A stretch of DNA of 58,535 bases, filler included, from Trichosphaerium sp. ATCC 40318 (taxonomy: Eukaryota; Protista; Tubulinea), in NCBI GenBank assembly GCA_038496445.1. It is 2 parts of 2 records of this genome, joined end to end, with 100 filler letters (N's around TTAATTAATTAA, not from the genome) between each part and the next. Parts side by side here need not be neighbours in the genome. Positions count along the whole stretch, not along the records: positions 1 to 28,807 come from JALMLS010000444.1; 1 more part is not named here. One strand, given 5' to 3'. Below are positions 1 through 12,488 of the stretch, piece by piece. Below the pieces are notes generated by a model. It saw only the letters and a list, made by a program, of their open reading frames with translations, was not told the origin of the DNA and ran no database searches. The first letter of the stretch is position 1. Each line of letters starts with the position of its first letter. Both the position numbers and the translations under genes were made by a program.

Positions 1-446
1 TTATTGTTGAATCAGACGCTCTCACACACATGCAGCTTGATCGGACCTTATTTCAGAAGTAGTCGTAAGTGTGAGTGATGCACTTGTCATTTCAACACAA
101 GCGAATCCTGTGCTATGGATATCAAGATTACCCACAACACCACTTCCAGGCATAAAACGGACACAAGCTTCATTAGTTTCTAAAGTAATATCTTCGGTGA
201 TTATTGAGTTGAAAATGATACACGTGTCGCCAGTGGATATTTCTATTACGAAACAAAACGGATATTTAACCACTAATAAAAACAAACAATTTATCGTTCG
301 TTTTGCGTACCTGAAGCGGCTGTTATTGTTTTACACTCGGAAGCTGTAAAATCGCATGAATCGCACGTAAAACAAGTACAACGACAGCCTCTTTGAGCGT
401 TTGATGGGGTTAGGAGGACTGTAACAACAAAAAAAACAGTTAACAT
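1..446 (-). CDS. Secreted Cys-rich protein, 5' part (runs off window start); inverted paralogue of 5227-6461
   Basis: ATG at 446 reads MLTVFFVVTVLLTPSNAQRGCRCTCFTCDSCD (signal-peptide-like, then a Cys cluster). A short GT-AG intron precedes exon 2 (VVKYPFCFVIEISTGDTC...), which stays open to position 1. Confidence 0.65.
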
Positions 447-1168
447 TTTAAAGTATGCTTGAATTAACAGCGTACGCAGCAACATCACAACGGTTGCCGT
501 TCCGAATGTTGCGGTTATGAGATGCATTATCTGTTAATCCTGTGGTCGAAACAATTGAGATAAACAGGATTTACACTAAGTTTCACGGGCTTTCTTTCTG
601 TGAATTCACATTCGGGCAAGCTCGTGCTCCTCTTCACATAACATAAGCAGCGACAAGTCTAGTATTTTAATACATGTTTGTTGTCTCACAATCAAGTTTT
701 TTAGAAATGTTATTTTCTGCTCACTCAAGTTTTGAGACAGAGTCAGAGCTGACGATCTGACACTTCTGACAAGATCTTGCAAATGTCACTTTTTAAATGA
801 TCTGCCCTCGCACCTGTAGCGAATCTAACCGTTTCAAACCCACGTGATTTCACAACCCATAGCAAAAAGTATATTTTGACCCAGGCGGAGTTTAGAAAGC
901 CTACAGCAACGTTGGTAGTGTTGCGGGAGGTTTTCACATTAGTATACCTGCTTTGCAGTTTGAATGCTTCGAGAGTGCTTCTGTTAGCGTGGGGTAGGCG
1001 CCAGAGTGGCGCTAGTAAGTTATACACACGTACGTTGATTTTTAAAAGTAAAACAAACGGCAAACAGTGTTTGAGGCATTCATACTGTTTGGAGGTGTAA
1101 CGCTTTCTAGGAACATCATACCTGTTAGCTCGTTGAAGACTTCTATCGTTTGAGGGTACGTCATTGAA
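1..1168. repeat. Left arm of a >=1.1-kb inverted duplication (partner 4615-5671)
   Basis: Reverse complement of 4615-5671 aligns nearly throughout. The left arm has about 100 bp extra at ~646-746. The repeat probably continues beyond the window start. Confidence 0.95.
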
Positions 1169-1879
1169 AATTGTACTATACTTACATAAGTCGTACTATG
1201 AAGTACAGCATTGTCACGTTGTGATAGGTCGACACCATTTGCCACTGTCTTATCTCACTAGATCACGATGTAATTAGTATCTAGTGATGACTAGAACAAT
1301 CTTAAGTGTCATTGCAAGTTGATTGCAAAAAGATGGTCTTGTAGTGTCTTACACTTGCCCTGTATACAAAGATGAAGAACTCCTTTTATGTGACAACCAA
1401 TTATTTAGCTCGGAAGTATTTTCTCAATAGGATATGAATTCATGACGGGAAATAAAAGATTTGCACGGGTTGTAAACGGCTTGTGGGTTGACCAAGAAGA
1501 CCAAATGATTTCTTTCCTATGAATTTGATGTAATGTCAGTAGATTGCTTTTGCCATTTTGTAAAAGTTGGAGCGTCTAAACCTAAATAGATAGTTTGAAG
1601 GGGAGAACGAAAATCCACTGTAAAAAAACGTAAACCCCCGGTGTGATGTAGCGCCCTAGTTTGGTTAAAACGTGTGCCCTTTATAAAACTTTAAAAACTT
1701 TAACTTTAATACCAAATGGATAATTCTAAACAAGGATGGGAAGTGAAGTTCAATTTTTCACAACCTGGATGCCGGAACTACGAGCCAGAAGATAGTTCTA
1801 CATTGATGACAGTTTGGTGAATGAATGTACGCAAGCCTATTCACTAAACTATGATCTCGTCTAGTTTATTCACTACCGT

Positions 1880-2938
1880 TCACTTATAATCTACAAACGT
1901 GTTTTCAAGTACATTTAAACACTCCTTTGTTGTATTTCTACAACCATGCAATATTACCACCTTTACATCAGAAAGGGGAATGAGCCAATCATTTGATGCG
2001 TTAGTGTATGACACATTGATTGTATGTAGCTTTGTAAGATACTTCATACCTGCTCCAGTGATATACCTACATCCTGATAGATTAATTGAGAATAAACCAG
2101 AAAGTGGAATGAGCCAATCATCTGTTGCCTTGGTGTATGAGAGATTGACTGTATGTAGACTTGTAAGATATTTCATGCCTGATACAGTGATACCACAGTA
2201 TGATAGATTAATTGAGTGTAAACCAGAAAGCGGAACGAGCCAATCATCTGTTGCCCATGTATGAGAGAGATTGAGCGTATGTACATCTGAAAGATTTTCC
2301 ATACATGCTTCAGTTATTTTTAGACAACCCTCAAGATGGATTGTGTGAACTCCAGTAAGAGCTTCAACACCTTTATCTGATACTGATGTAACTGCCAAGT
2401 CTATTGTGTGTACTCCAGCTAAAGCTGAAATTCCTCTATCCGTCACAGAGGTACTTCTCAAGCAAATTGAATGAACGCCAGCTAGAGCTGATATACCCAC
2501 GTCTGTAATACCTAAACAATACGATGCATTCAGCTCATGAACACCGCGAATATGATTTAGTCCTGTGTCTGTGATATGGAAACTGGACCTAATGTCAAGA
2601 TGTTGAACACCAGAAAGAAAAGAAAGATCTGTATCTTTTGCTTCTTTAAATTTATACAAAGATATTTTTGTGTTTTTGACAAGAGGACTTCCTGAAAGAC
2701 TTGAACAATGCGACGTCGATTTAACATAGATACAACCGTATCCAACGTGATAGTGTATGACGTCAGATAATACTTTACAACTTTGAGAGACGTTAAATCG
2801 ATCAGAACCATCCACAAACTCAAGTAAATGAGCGAGTATCTCCGGTGGTACGTCTGTCAACAACTCAATTGTGGCGATACTACAAGATTTGCGATTAAAT
2901 TGCTGCAATGGTCCTCTGGCTTTTGGCTTTCGCTCCAT
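1880..2938 (-). CDS. Intronless F-box/leucine-rich-repeat protein
   Basis: F-box motif LTDVPPEILAHLLEFVDGSDRFNVSQSCK, then about 10 LRRs of 22-24 aa (LxGVHTxxLSxTxVTD). First ATG is at 2938; the ORF track starts at GTG 2959. Confidence 0.85.
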   Translation of the reverse strand: MERKPKARGPLQQFNRKSCSIATIELLTDVPPEILAHLLEFVDGSDRFNVSQSCKVLSDVIHYHVGYGCIYVKSTSHCSSLSGSPLVKNTKISLYKFKEAKDTDLSFLSGVQHLDIRSSFHITDTGLNHIRGVHELNASYCLGITDVGISALAGVHSICLRSTSVTDRGISALAGVHTIDLAVTSVSDKGVEALTGVHTIHLEGCLKITEACMENLSDVHTLNLSHTWATDDWLVPLSGLHSINLSYCGITVSGMKYLTSLHTVNLSYTKATDDWLIPLSGLFSINLSGCRYITGAGMKYLTKLHTINVSYTNASNDWLIPLSDVKVVILHGCRNTTKECLNVLENTFVDYK

Positions 2939-3565
2939 AATACGTAATAAGATCTGCACAAAGATTTAGAACGTATAACTATGTAACGGCACGCACGTGC
3001 TACTTATGTCGTATAACTTAGCTAGGGTTATAGGACGAGTTGTTGAAGGTACAAGGTAAGGAGAATTCTGTATTTATTAAGTTTATTACATTTAGGAACT
3101 TCGTTATCTGAATAACGAATGATGTATATGAAGTATTCATATACGACACTTATGGTACGTGAATCCAGTAGCAAAGGCCCTGGCTTGAAATGGTGCCAGA
3201 TTACTTTAGGGTTAAGCACCTTTTAAGACTCACTATCAGTAGAAAGCACGGACTTTTTGGTCTTCACCATTCTCATCTGAGTAACAGAACTCTGATCGTA
3301 AAATAGGTTTCAATTTTAGAAAGTCGACAACCTTGTATTTTTGTTCACAATTGCTAACCGTGTATGAAGTCCTGCGTTTTTGCTGAAGTCTAGAAAGTGT
3401 TGTAACAGTAGGGGATACAGTTTGTTATTTACTTTATAAAGTTTGTCAATGACTAGGAGCAAAGAATCACTTTCAAAAGCATGAACAGCACATGTCCCAA
3501 ATACCCCATTTAGTGCTTTAATGCACTAAATATTCAGTGCCAAGTTAACCTTAATTTCGATGGAA

Positions 3566-3635
3566 TCCGTGTCCAGAACATACTGGAGAGAATATTGAAA
3601 TCAATTGGATGTGGGTTCGATTCCCGCCACAGGAA
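3566..3635 (+). other. Degenerate tRNA-like element (intact T-arm/B-box)
   Basis: GTGGG-TTCGATT-CCCGC T-arm at 3611-3627, followed by CACAGGA. The upstream acceptor, D and anticodon arms are imperfect. Confidence 0.3.
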
Positions 3636-4069
3636 GGTTCCTATATTTGAAAGCCCAGCCCTTCCTTGTAACTGCATTGATGTACACAAATCCTGTGGAT
3701 TTGTGGTTTGTAAATATGGACTCGATTAATGTAATTCTAAACCCAAATAAAGTACGAGCTTGCGCTCTGCCTCTTATTAAAAAAAAAAACTCTGAACATA
3801 AACTAGCAATACTGGCATTGACTTCAGTCAGCAGTGTTTAGCGCCGCTTTTTTACGAAACCACTCACGTTTTTCTGTGCGCATTGAGTACCAGTAGTTGT
3901 CCATCCGAAAAATTGAATTTTACTAAGTCCTTTGACCATGCAAATAGTTTGAAGGGAGGAGTATCAGTCAGTAGTGTAGTTATGTTCGTGCCTCTAACTG
4001 CACCTGATATGCCATCTTGGCTTGCAATATCAAGAGCTTTTACGCTGTAGAACAAGTCTTGACCAGACC

Positions 4070-4245
4070 TGTAGAACTTTATGTAATTGACAGATTAGAT
4101 AATCCTATTTTTTTGCTTGTACTTGTTAATCACTATGAGCATTCAGTATATTGTTACAAGCAAAAAATGTGTAATCCACCTGCTGGTATCAATGATACAA
4201 ATGTGAGGCATGGAAATTTTAAAGGTTATGAGTAATGATGAACTA
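4070..4245 (+). repeat. Dispersed ~180-bp repeat; empty-site paralogue of the 18718-18906 region
   Basis: Shares AGAACTTTATG...GTTAATCACTATGAGCAT...TGTGAGGCATGGAAA...GATGAACTA with 18718-18906. Confidence 0.85.
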
Positions 4246-4614
4246 TGGTTGGTTCAGGTACTTTGCAAGTGGCTGCTACTTGTTCATATCATAATGGTAT
4301 GCAACCAAAAAGTATCAGTATCAAGTATTTTAGTGTAATGTAGATTCTAAACAATGTTCTCGGTTGTACAGAAAAACTAGTCAGTTCAATCAAGGAAAAG
4401 AAAGAGACGGTGAACAAATAGTATTTGTGCTAACTTGACTACACAATTTGGTGTCTTTGAAAAAGCGAATTTATCTCCTTAATGAACTCTCACGCTTGCC
4501 AAATACGCAGTGTACAACCAAGGCTCTAACAATCACCATTATAACAAATCTGAAACAAGTTGAGTGCGAACAGAAACAACCTAATGGGAATCACTGCTGG
4601 TGAGTCTACTGACA

Positions 4615-5671
4615 TTCAATGACGTACGGTCAAACGACAGAAATCTTCAATGAGCTAACAAGGTATGATGTCCTAGAAAGCGTTACACCTCCAAACAGTA
4701 TGAATGCCTCAAAACACTGTTTGCCGTTTGTTTTACTTTTAAAAATCAACGTACGTGTATAACTTACTAGCGCCACACTGGCGCTTACCCCACGCTAACA
4801 GAAGCACTCTCACAGAATTCAAACTGCAAAGCAGTTATATTAATGTGAGAACCTCCCACAACGTTGCTGTAGGCTTTCTAAACTCCGCCTGGGTCAAAAT
4901 ATACTTTTTGCTATGGGTTGTGAAATCACGTGGGTTTGGAACGGTTGGATTCGCTACAGGCGTGAGGGCAGATCATTTAAAAAGTGACATTTGCAAGATC
5001 TTGTCAGAAGTGTCAGATCGTCAGCTATGTTATGTGAAGAGCACGAGCTTGCCCGAATGTGAATTCACAGAAAGTAAAAGTACGTGAAACTTAGTGTAAA
5101 TCCTGCTTATCTCAATTGTTTCAACCACAGGATTAACAGATAATGCATCTCATAACCACAACATTCGGAACGGCATCCGTTGTGATGTTGCTGCGTACGC
5201 TGTTAATTTAAACTTACTACTTTAAAATGTTAACTATTTTTTTTGTTGTTACAGTCCTCCTAACCCCATCAAACGCTCAAACAGGCTGTGACTGTACTTG
5301 TTTTACGTGCGATTTATGCGATTTTACAGCTTCCGAGTGTAAAACAATAACAGCCGCTTCAGGTACGCAAAACGAACAATAACTTGTTTGTTTTTATTAG
5401 TGGTTAAATATCCCTTTTTGTTTCGTAATAGAAATATCCACTGGCGACACGTGTATCATTTTCAACTCAATAATCGCCGAAGATATTACTTTAGAAACTA
5501 ACAGAGCTTGTGTCCGTTTTATGCCTGGAAGTGGTGTTATGGGCAATCTTGATATCCATAGCACAGGATTCGCTTGTGTTGAAATGACAAGTGCATCACT
5601 CACACTTACGACTACTTCCGAAATAAGGTCTGATCAAGTTGCATGTGTGAGAGCGTCTGATTCAACAATAA
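4615..5671. repeat. Right arm of inverted duplication (partner 1-1168)
   Basis: Reverse complement of 1-1168. Confidence 0.95.
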
Positions 5672-6461
5672 CTAATGGGCAATTGCGAATGATTGCTGCT
5701 ATTCAAGATAGTCTGATAATGGAAGGTGGAGAAATAACAAGTGCTTTTTTGTACTGAACTAAAACACTTTTTTATGTTTTCTTACTTTATCTTTAAGCGA
5801 TGCAGGTGTACCTTGCGCACAGTTTCTACCTTTAAATGGTGTTTCACCTGTCGTTGGTGAAATCTCTAGTAATGGATTTAGCGTATGTAACGAGTTTGAA
5901 AACGCAGATGTAGGCGATATATCAAGTAAGTACTTTCTGTACTATCTACAAACTTATTGTTAATGTAAAAAGTGAATGGTCAAGGAGTAAACACCTTGTT
6001 TGCTACTTCAAGTAGTATGGGAAATATAGCAATTGCAGGATCAATAGCTATAACTGAGGTTACTATGAGCGATGTTGTATTCAGGTCAATGACTTCTGCC
6101 GGAGATATTGCTACTATTGAAATTTCAGGATTTGATCTTAGTACATACTTACTTTTAGTTTATTAACACAAACTGTTTTTACTTATGCTTGTTTAAATAG
6201 CTCAAGATGCTCCTAGTACTCCTATTGTAACTACCAATTCCGAAGATATCATATCTGTGACAAATTATGTTGGTTCTGGACCGAAACCAGTGATTGATAG
6301 TGGTGTAGGCGAGGACAAGTATGGATGGGTTTTTATTTTCTGATGAGGTGTTTAAATGACTTTATTGTTTTAGTTGTTGTGGTTCAGATGACACAGTGAC
6401 AACTATCAATTGTGAATTGAATAGGTTAGTACCAAGATCATGCTGTAGTAGACGTATTTGA
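5227..6461 (+). pseudogene. Secreted Cys-rich multi-exon gene, paralogue of 1-446, apparently frameshifted in exon 2
   Basis: ATG 5227 reads MLTIFFVVTVLLTPSNAQTGCDCTCFTC. Exon 2 has TATCCCTTTTTG versus TATCCGTTTTG in the other copy (+1 nt), giving an early TAA. This could be a homopolymer error. The 3' end is approximate. Confidence 0.5.
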
Positions 6462-7786
6462 ACAAAAAGTTCAAGCAGAATTTTATACAGCGCCAAGATG
6501 TTCAGTTTTGATAACATCACGTGATAAAAAAGGACAAGGATGTTAATAAATAAGGGTACTCCTTGAAGTACACTAAACCACTTGACGGTCGTTTCTACTA
6601 TAGAGACTTTTATATCCTCTTGGCCCTTACGGTAACTAGTTAACTGACAAGTTTAATCGAGCAAGCATGATAATTAAAAAAGTTACCCATTGAGGAAATG
6701 GCCACAGCGTCCACCTTGGTCCCTACAAGCATACTTATTTCGGTCACTATCACCTTTGACTCAAGCGGTGTATGTAAGCCTTATAAACTAAGGTAGGCTT
6801 CCTAAACAGTGGTGTAGCGTTTTTAGAAGTACCTTTTGTTTACTTGAATATGCACGTGTGGAACTAGGTTGTTGGTAGTGGTGGTCTGTTAATAGACTCT
6901 GCTAGTTCTGAAGAGTAAATGCTTACGCTTGACTAGTCGCTAGTAGAAGTGGCAAATACCGGTCCGGTTTCAAGATATCGGTTTTCAGTCCGTACCGGTC
7001 CGAGCTTTCAGAATAGACCAGTATGCATATTCATTCAGTGAACATCAAAGAGAGTTAGTTGGTTGTTTGTTAGTTGTTGGCTTCTTTTTGAACCGCCAGC
7101 TACTTTCTTTGATTAAAAGTAGTCCAAAACGCCTTAAAATCAAAATTTCTAAACATAGAGTGGTAGAAAGCCCTCTATCTGGCAGTGTTGGAGTAACAAG
7201 AACAAATGAATCTATACAAAAACAAACTTGACAAAGATATTGTGACTAAAATTTATCGTCTATTAGAGTTGTATGATCATACCAACGATGAACCTAAGAA
7301 GGTAAATATTGCGTAAAGTGGTTTCACTATAGATTAAATGTAAAGCAAACAAAAAAGAAAACTTGAAGCCGAGAAAACTTAACGTTTTTTCAGAAAAAAA
7401 AAACACTGTTGTTTCTGACATTCGCTGTTAGTCTTGAGCCAAGTATGAAGTCTATAGTTACAAAGTAATCCAAATAGAATACATGAAGAATGATGACACT
7501 TCTTGATAGAGGCTAATGTAGTCAAAGAATAAACTCACTTTCAAAATCAAAAGAAAAAAACAGTAAATCATGACCTTACAACATTTCCTTTTTTTACCAA
7601 CTACGCGCGTCATACCGCGTAGTAGTACATACCACAAACTTGTGTGTATCTATCCTTTTGGAAGCACAAAACTGTTTCAACCTCGTGTTCAATGATGTGG
7701 TGTTGTGGCGTTGATTAGAAGGTTCTTACTCCATTTGGACGTTAGGAGTTATAACGTACACAAAAGTAGGTCAAGGTCGTTTATTA

Positions 7787-8172
7787 TTACTTAGTACCCT
7801 CGTACAACTCTTCAAAAGTGACTTTACCCTAACACAAGAGTCAACAAACCATCAAACGATAAAAACGAATAAGATTCTACGTACATCACCGCTAGTGTCC
7901 ATGCTCTTCAAGAAAGCCTTTGCTTCAGCTTCGGTGTTCTCTTTTTTAACGCCCCACTCTTTCATCACCTGCACAACACTCAGAACAATGAATCATAGCG
8001 TAACGGATGGTTTGAGAGCGGTTTACAAAAACTTTTGCAACAAAAACCGTTTTCTTTACGTGAGTAGCGACTACGTGTTTATGTGTACCTGAATAGCTTC
8101 ATCAACAGTTACAAAACCGTTACCGTCTTTGTCGAATTTATCGAAAAATGCCTTTGCTTCTGCTTTATCCAT
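7787..8172 (-). CDS. Small two-EF-hand calcium-binding protein (3 exons)
   Basis: Spliced translation MDKAEAKAFFDKFDKDGNGFVTVDEAIQ|VMKEWG...SMDTSGD|GKVTFEELYEGTK* contains two canonical EF loops. Confidence 0.85.
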
Positions 8173-8575
8173 GTTGATGCTATTAGATATTTGGCCGAAA
8201 CCTAGCTTCAGAAAACTCGCGGTAATTCAAGGTTAAGGCAAGCTTGTTATGAAATACGCCTTAGCCAAAATACTGGAGTTCCCACTTGAGGGGCTTGACT
8301 GTAGATCAGACAAACAACACGAGCTGACTCGTCAACAAATGGCTTGTTAACTGTTTGTTTATCAGTTATTTCTGACTTCAGCCTACAGTCCCTCTCCTCA
8401 AGTCATACTGTGAACAATCAATGGCTAGTTTCCGTTCTCTTCCGGTATCTTAGACTGCTATTACTTAGAATTTAACTTTGATACGACCATTTAAAATACA
8501 CGTCTTTTTTTTTTATTGTCATTCAATTTTTTCCTTCTCTTTTACATTCGTTTACCATCAACCACCACCTGAAGA

Positions 8576-9225
8576 TTATTCCCCAGTAAGATCTACAATA
8601 TTAGGTTCAGGTCCAGCCCACCTTGTCTTGATTGTTCTTTGATGTATTGTTTCAACTTTAAGAGCAGAAATTGCATTAACAGCGTTTTTCAAGCCAACAC
8701 TTGAATAATTATGCTGTTTTAATATAATACCATCTGGCCTCCAAAGCTTATAAACACCAGATATATTACCCTTATCATCTAGAAAGCAATGCTCACATAT
8801 CTGTCCAGTCTCGTAATAAAACTTACATTCAACAGGAAGACCATTTTCACAACGAATTGATTGCTTTACTACAGGCAATCCATCAACTTCTTTTTCATAA
8901 AACCGCTTAAAAGTCCCATTACGCTTGAGCACGTGATTAAATCTAGAAGTAGATGCAGTGTAAAAGCATAGCAGAGGCCATTTAATAAAACTATCAGATC
9001 CTGCGTTCATTATGAGGTACTGTAGCTCGAGAGGAAGTCGAAGTATCAGAGGGGTATTTCTAAAGCGAAAAAAAAGACGTTAAAAGAATATTTTGTTGTG
9101 AAAATAACACACCCCAATGCCGTTGTAAAATTTTTTTATGGGTATAGGCGGTATGCATGGTATACTACGTACCTCCAGGCTTCATCTTCGTTGGAATTTT
9201 CGAGGGTAAACGGACGTTTAGCCAT
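8576..9225 (-). CDS. F-box-like protein with MORN-variant/YwqK-like repeats (2 exons)
   Basis: MAKRPFTL...WR|NTPLILRLPLELQYLIMN (F-box-like), then NGTFKRFY, CKFYYETGQI and GVYKLWRPDG repeats. Confidence 0.55.
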
Positions 9226-9499
9226 AAAGGCCTTCGGAACGTGGTAATTAAATTCGGCGGTGCGTAGACGTGAAGTTAAAACAATTTTAAATGTTGTATT
9301 TGGCTGATCAAATTCCTGTTTTCACCCCAAAATCCAAGTTTTTGCTGGATTTCTGTTTAAGACGCGTGATCAGGTTTAAAAAGTATCGGAATATATTATG
9401 TATTGTTTTATCTACTACTGAAAGTATTTATACGCGATGAGAAGTTAAAGTAAGAGAGAATATTTCAAATACATTTTTTACTTTTATATTTTTTTATTG

Positions 9500-10702
9500 T
9501 TAAATCGTCGCCACAGAATTATAGTGTTCTCCGAGTGTAAACTCATGTTTGTGATAAGTGATGTACAATGGGTCATCTATAACATCAATACAGTAAGTAA
9601 GGGATGAAAGAATAGAAAAATAATAACTTTGCAAGGAGGTGGAGTACAATTGAAATTTCAAAAAAAAAAAAAAAGTATCATACTCGTGAATTCTTCTCCC
9701 ATAATTATTTTAGGTGACTCCGCGCTGTATATATGTATAGGCTTCTTTAAAGATTTAACTAATGCCTGTAACTCTATTTGACCTCCCCACTCGTTCGTGG
9801 TACGTAGCTTCTCGATGTATCCATCAAAATCATCTGCGAACAAAATGTCAAAAACAAAATGCGAGAAAAATAAAAATTAAAGACACGCACTGCTATCGTC
9901 CATGAACTGCAAAAAGTCATCCTTGTGTGCGACTATATAATCAGCTGCTGTCTCCCTTAGTTCTTTTACATTTTTTTCCACGTTATAGCGTTGTAATTGG
10001 TCTGATATTGCAGCATATAAGCAATTACCATCAGGTCTAATATTCTTCATTTTAAAATTATCTTTTTTGATTATCTCGAGTATGCTCTTTCTTTCAATAC
10101 TACGCTTTGATGGTCCTTGTTGCTCCATCTTACGTTCTCTTTCTAATCTTGCATCACGCTCTGATTGTCTTTGAGCTGCCTGACACCGAAAGTAAGCTCT
10201 TAAAACGTAAAAACAAAGAAACTTCAAAACCAATTTGAAGAATCGATGAAAAAAACGCTTGCGAACCTGTTCTTGTGCTTTTTTCTCTCTTGCTGCCTTT
10301 TCTTCGGCTGACACCTTTATTGTCATAGTATCCTCTTCTTCTTGTTTGTCCTTCGAAAAAAGTTAGGCTCCATAAGGAATTTCTGATGGTTTTGAGGTGT
10401 AATTGGCGTTATTTCGCGTATGGGTACCTCAATAACTAGTTCTCCTAATCTTTCGAGCAATCCGTTCCATTCTGTCTTATGACGCTCTTTTTGTTCTGCC
10501 TCTTCTTCCTTCTGGTTTCTACTGCGTTTAGCAGCCCTTGGCAGCTTTTTCCATGTCGCTTTGAACTCCTTCATAGCGTAAGTAAACGGTCACCAGTCCC
10601 TTTCACGTATCAGAGGAGTAGAATACGTACTTTTACTTCTTTCACATGTCTTTGACGCATTTGTTTTTTAGTCTCGTTAGCAGGAGGCCGTTTAGAAGAC
10701 AT
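9500..10702 (-). CDS. OTU-domain deubiquitinase, OTUD6B/Otu2-like (multi-exon)
   Basis: IRPDGNCLYAAISDQL (catalytic Cys box), WGGQIELQAL, and YHKHEFTLGEHYNSV (His box), with a charged coiled-coil N-terminus. Confidence 0.88.
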
Positions 10703-11055
10703 TGTGGTTGATTTGTAACTGACTGTTTATTACTGAGCGACAATACTGTTATAAGGGTTCCTTTTAATTAGCGACAAGCGTCAGAACGTGTACGTAGCTA
10801 ATATTCTGTAGATTAAGTCTACTATTGGCTATTGAACCTTGAATGCTTCTAAGAGCCCTATCAGCTGCGTCAAAAGTATCAGCAACTACGACCAAGTTCG
10901 TAAGTTCTTGTACAGCTACGTACAACAATCAGTCAGTAAAAAACCAAACAAGAAAACATGGACTAGATGAAAGCTTGAACCCGCTCGTACAATGGAATTT
11001 GCTATTAGGTATCTAAATACAACAGTTTAACGCTAAAAAGATAAAAGGCGGTGGA

Positions 11056-12488
11056 ATGCAGCTTGCCGGAGGCCATACTACTTCTAGTATACGTACGGCA
11101 CCATAATCGTCTACGTACGATACCGTAATTGTTTTTTTAGTGTTTTTCTCTCCAACACAACAATTAAATGCTGGACACGCGAAAGTAAGCAACTAGTAGT
11201 TTCTTGACATGTTTTAAAACGAGTATTTGTAGTGGCAGAATGTAGCTCACAGAAAAGCCAAACAAGACGGTGACAGACAGCGTATGTTTGGTAAAATATC
11301 ACGAGAGATAAGATCATGTGCTAGGCGTACGTCAAAAAGCGCTCTAAAAGCCAAACTAAAAAAAAAACCACGTTGAAGCAATTTTGACGTTTCGTAGTGT
11401 TTGGATCTGACCCAGACTCTAATTGGCAGCTTGCACTGTTACTACAACGTGCTAGACGTATGAATTTGCCAAGGGCTAACATTACAAAGCTCTTGAGTGA
11501 GGTACGAAGTTCTTTTTTTTTTTTTTTTTTTTTCGAACAATTGTTTTTTATCTCGTTTTGTTCAACCTCATTTAGGCTGATGCAAGTACAGCCGAAAGTC
11601 TAGAATATGAGTGTTATGGACCACATGGATTAGCTATGGTTATTAAGGTTGGTTTGAAAGTGTCACACGAACGTTTATATTTTTTTTTTTCTTTGAGGTC
11701 AGAGTTCAGCTCTTTTCGCTGATTCTTTGTTTTAGGTCTTGACAGATAATAAAAATAGAACACTACAGAAACTCAAGCTTGTGCTCAGTAAGAATGGGTA
11801 TGTAATCGATAAGATAAAGGTTTTTGTTAATAACTGTTCATAGAGGAAGAATGGGAAGTCCTAATTGTGTAAAGTATATGTTTAATAAACGCGGAGCACT
11901 CTCGGTCAACAGTAATGGTAAATCTGAAGACGAGGTCTTTGAGTTTTGCGCAGAGGCTGGTGCTGAAGACATGGACGTTGGCGAGGACGGTAAATTTTCT
12001 GTACGTACAGTAGCAGCTATATAGTAACCAACATGGTTTAAGGTTTAAAAGTTTTTTTGTTCACGTTGACTTTTTTGTTCTTTGTTTTTTCTTAACATAG
12101 TTGTTTTGATAATGTTTATATGCGTATCAAAAAAGATTGCTCTTTATGTGTTCAGTATTATTTAAAGCGTACTTCTTAAAAATAAGTGACCTGAACGTTG
12201 ATTATATCTGATCTTTTTTCTTGTTTTTTTCTGGTTTTTTTTAAAATGGTAAACTATTTCTAATCAGTGTTTTATCAATAGATTACATGTCCATTTACTG
12301 AGACAATGAATATACAAAAAGCCCTTGAAGCAAAAGGACTTACAATAGAAGAAGCAGAAATTGAAGAAATATCAGATAATCCTATTGAAGTTGATGAAGA
12401 GGAAGATCTTGAGGAAATTCAAGATTTATTAGAGAAAATAGAAAATTTGGATGATGTTGTATCAGTTGTACATAATTGTGAGATGTAA
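11056..12488 (+). CDS. TACO1: YebC/TACO1-family protein (multi-exon; start uncertain)
   Basis: AGHAKWQNVAHRK, GSDPDSNWQL, YECYGPHG, VLTDNKNRT, YMFNKRG, EAGAED and LDDVVSVVHN match YebC/TACO1 motifs. Confidence 0.85.

Noticed and set aside
743-1245. ORFs in the inverted-repeat arms (also 4755-5087)
   Set aside because: Non-ATG starts, ends differ between the two arms, and no motifs; likely upstream non-coding DNA.
6944-7020. TAGAAGTGGCAAA plus CCGGT repeats resembling a hAT left end
   Set aside because: No matching right TIR or TSD found.
8284-8403. Imperfect inverted repeat ACTTGAGG..GACTGTAG / CTACAGTC..CCTCAAGT
   Set aside because: Short, no TSD and a single copy in the window; cannot be called a MITE.
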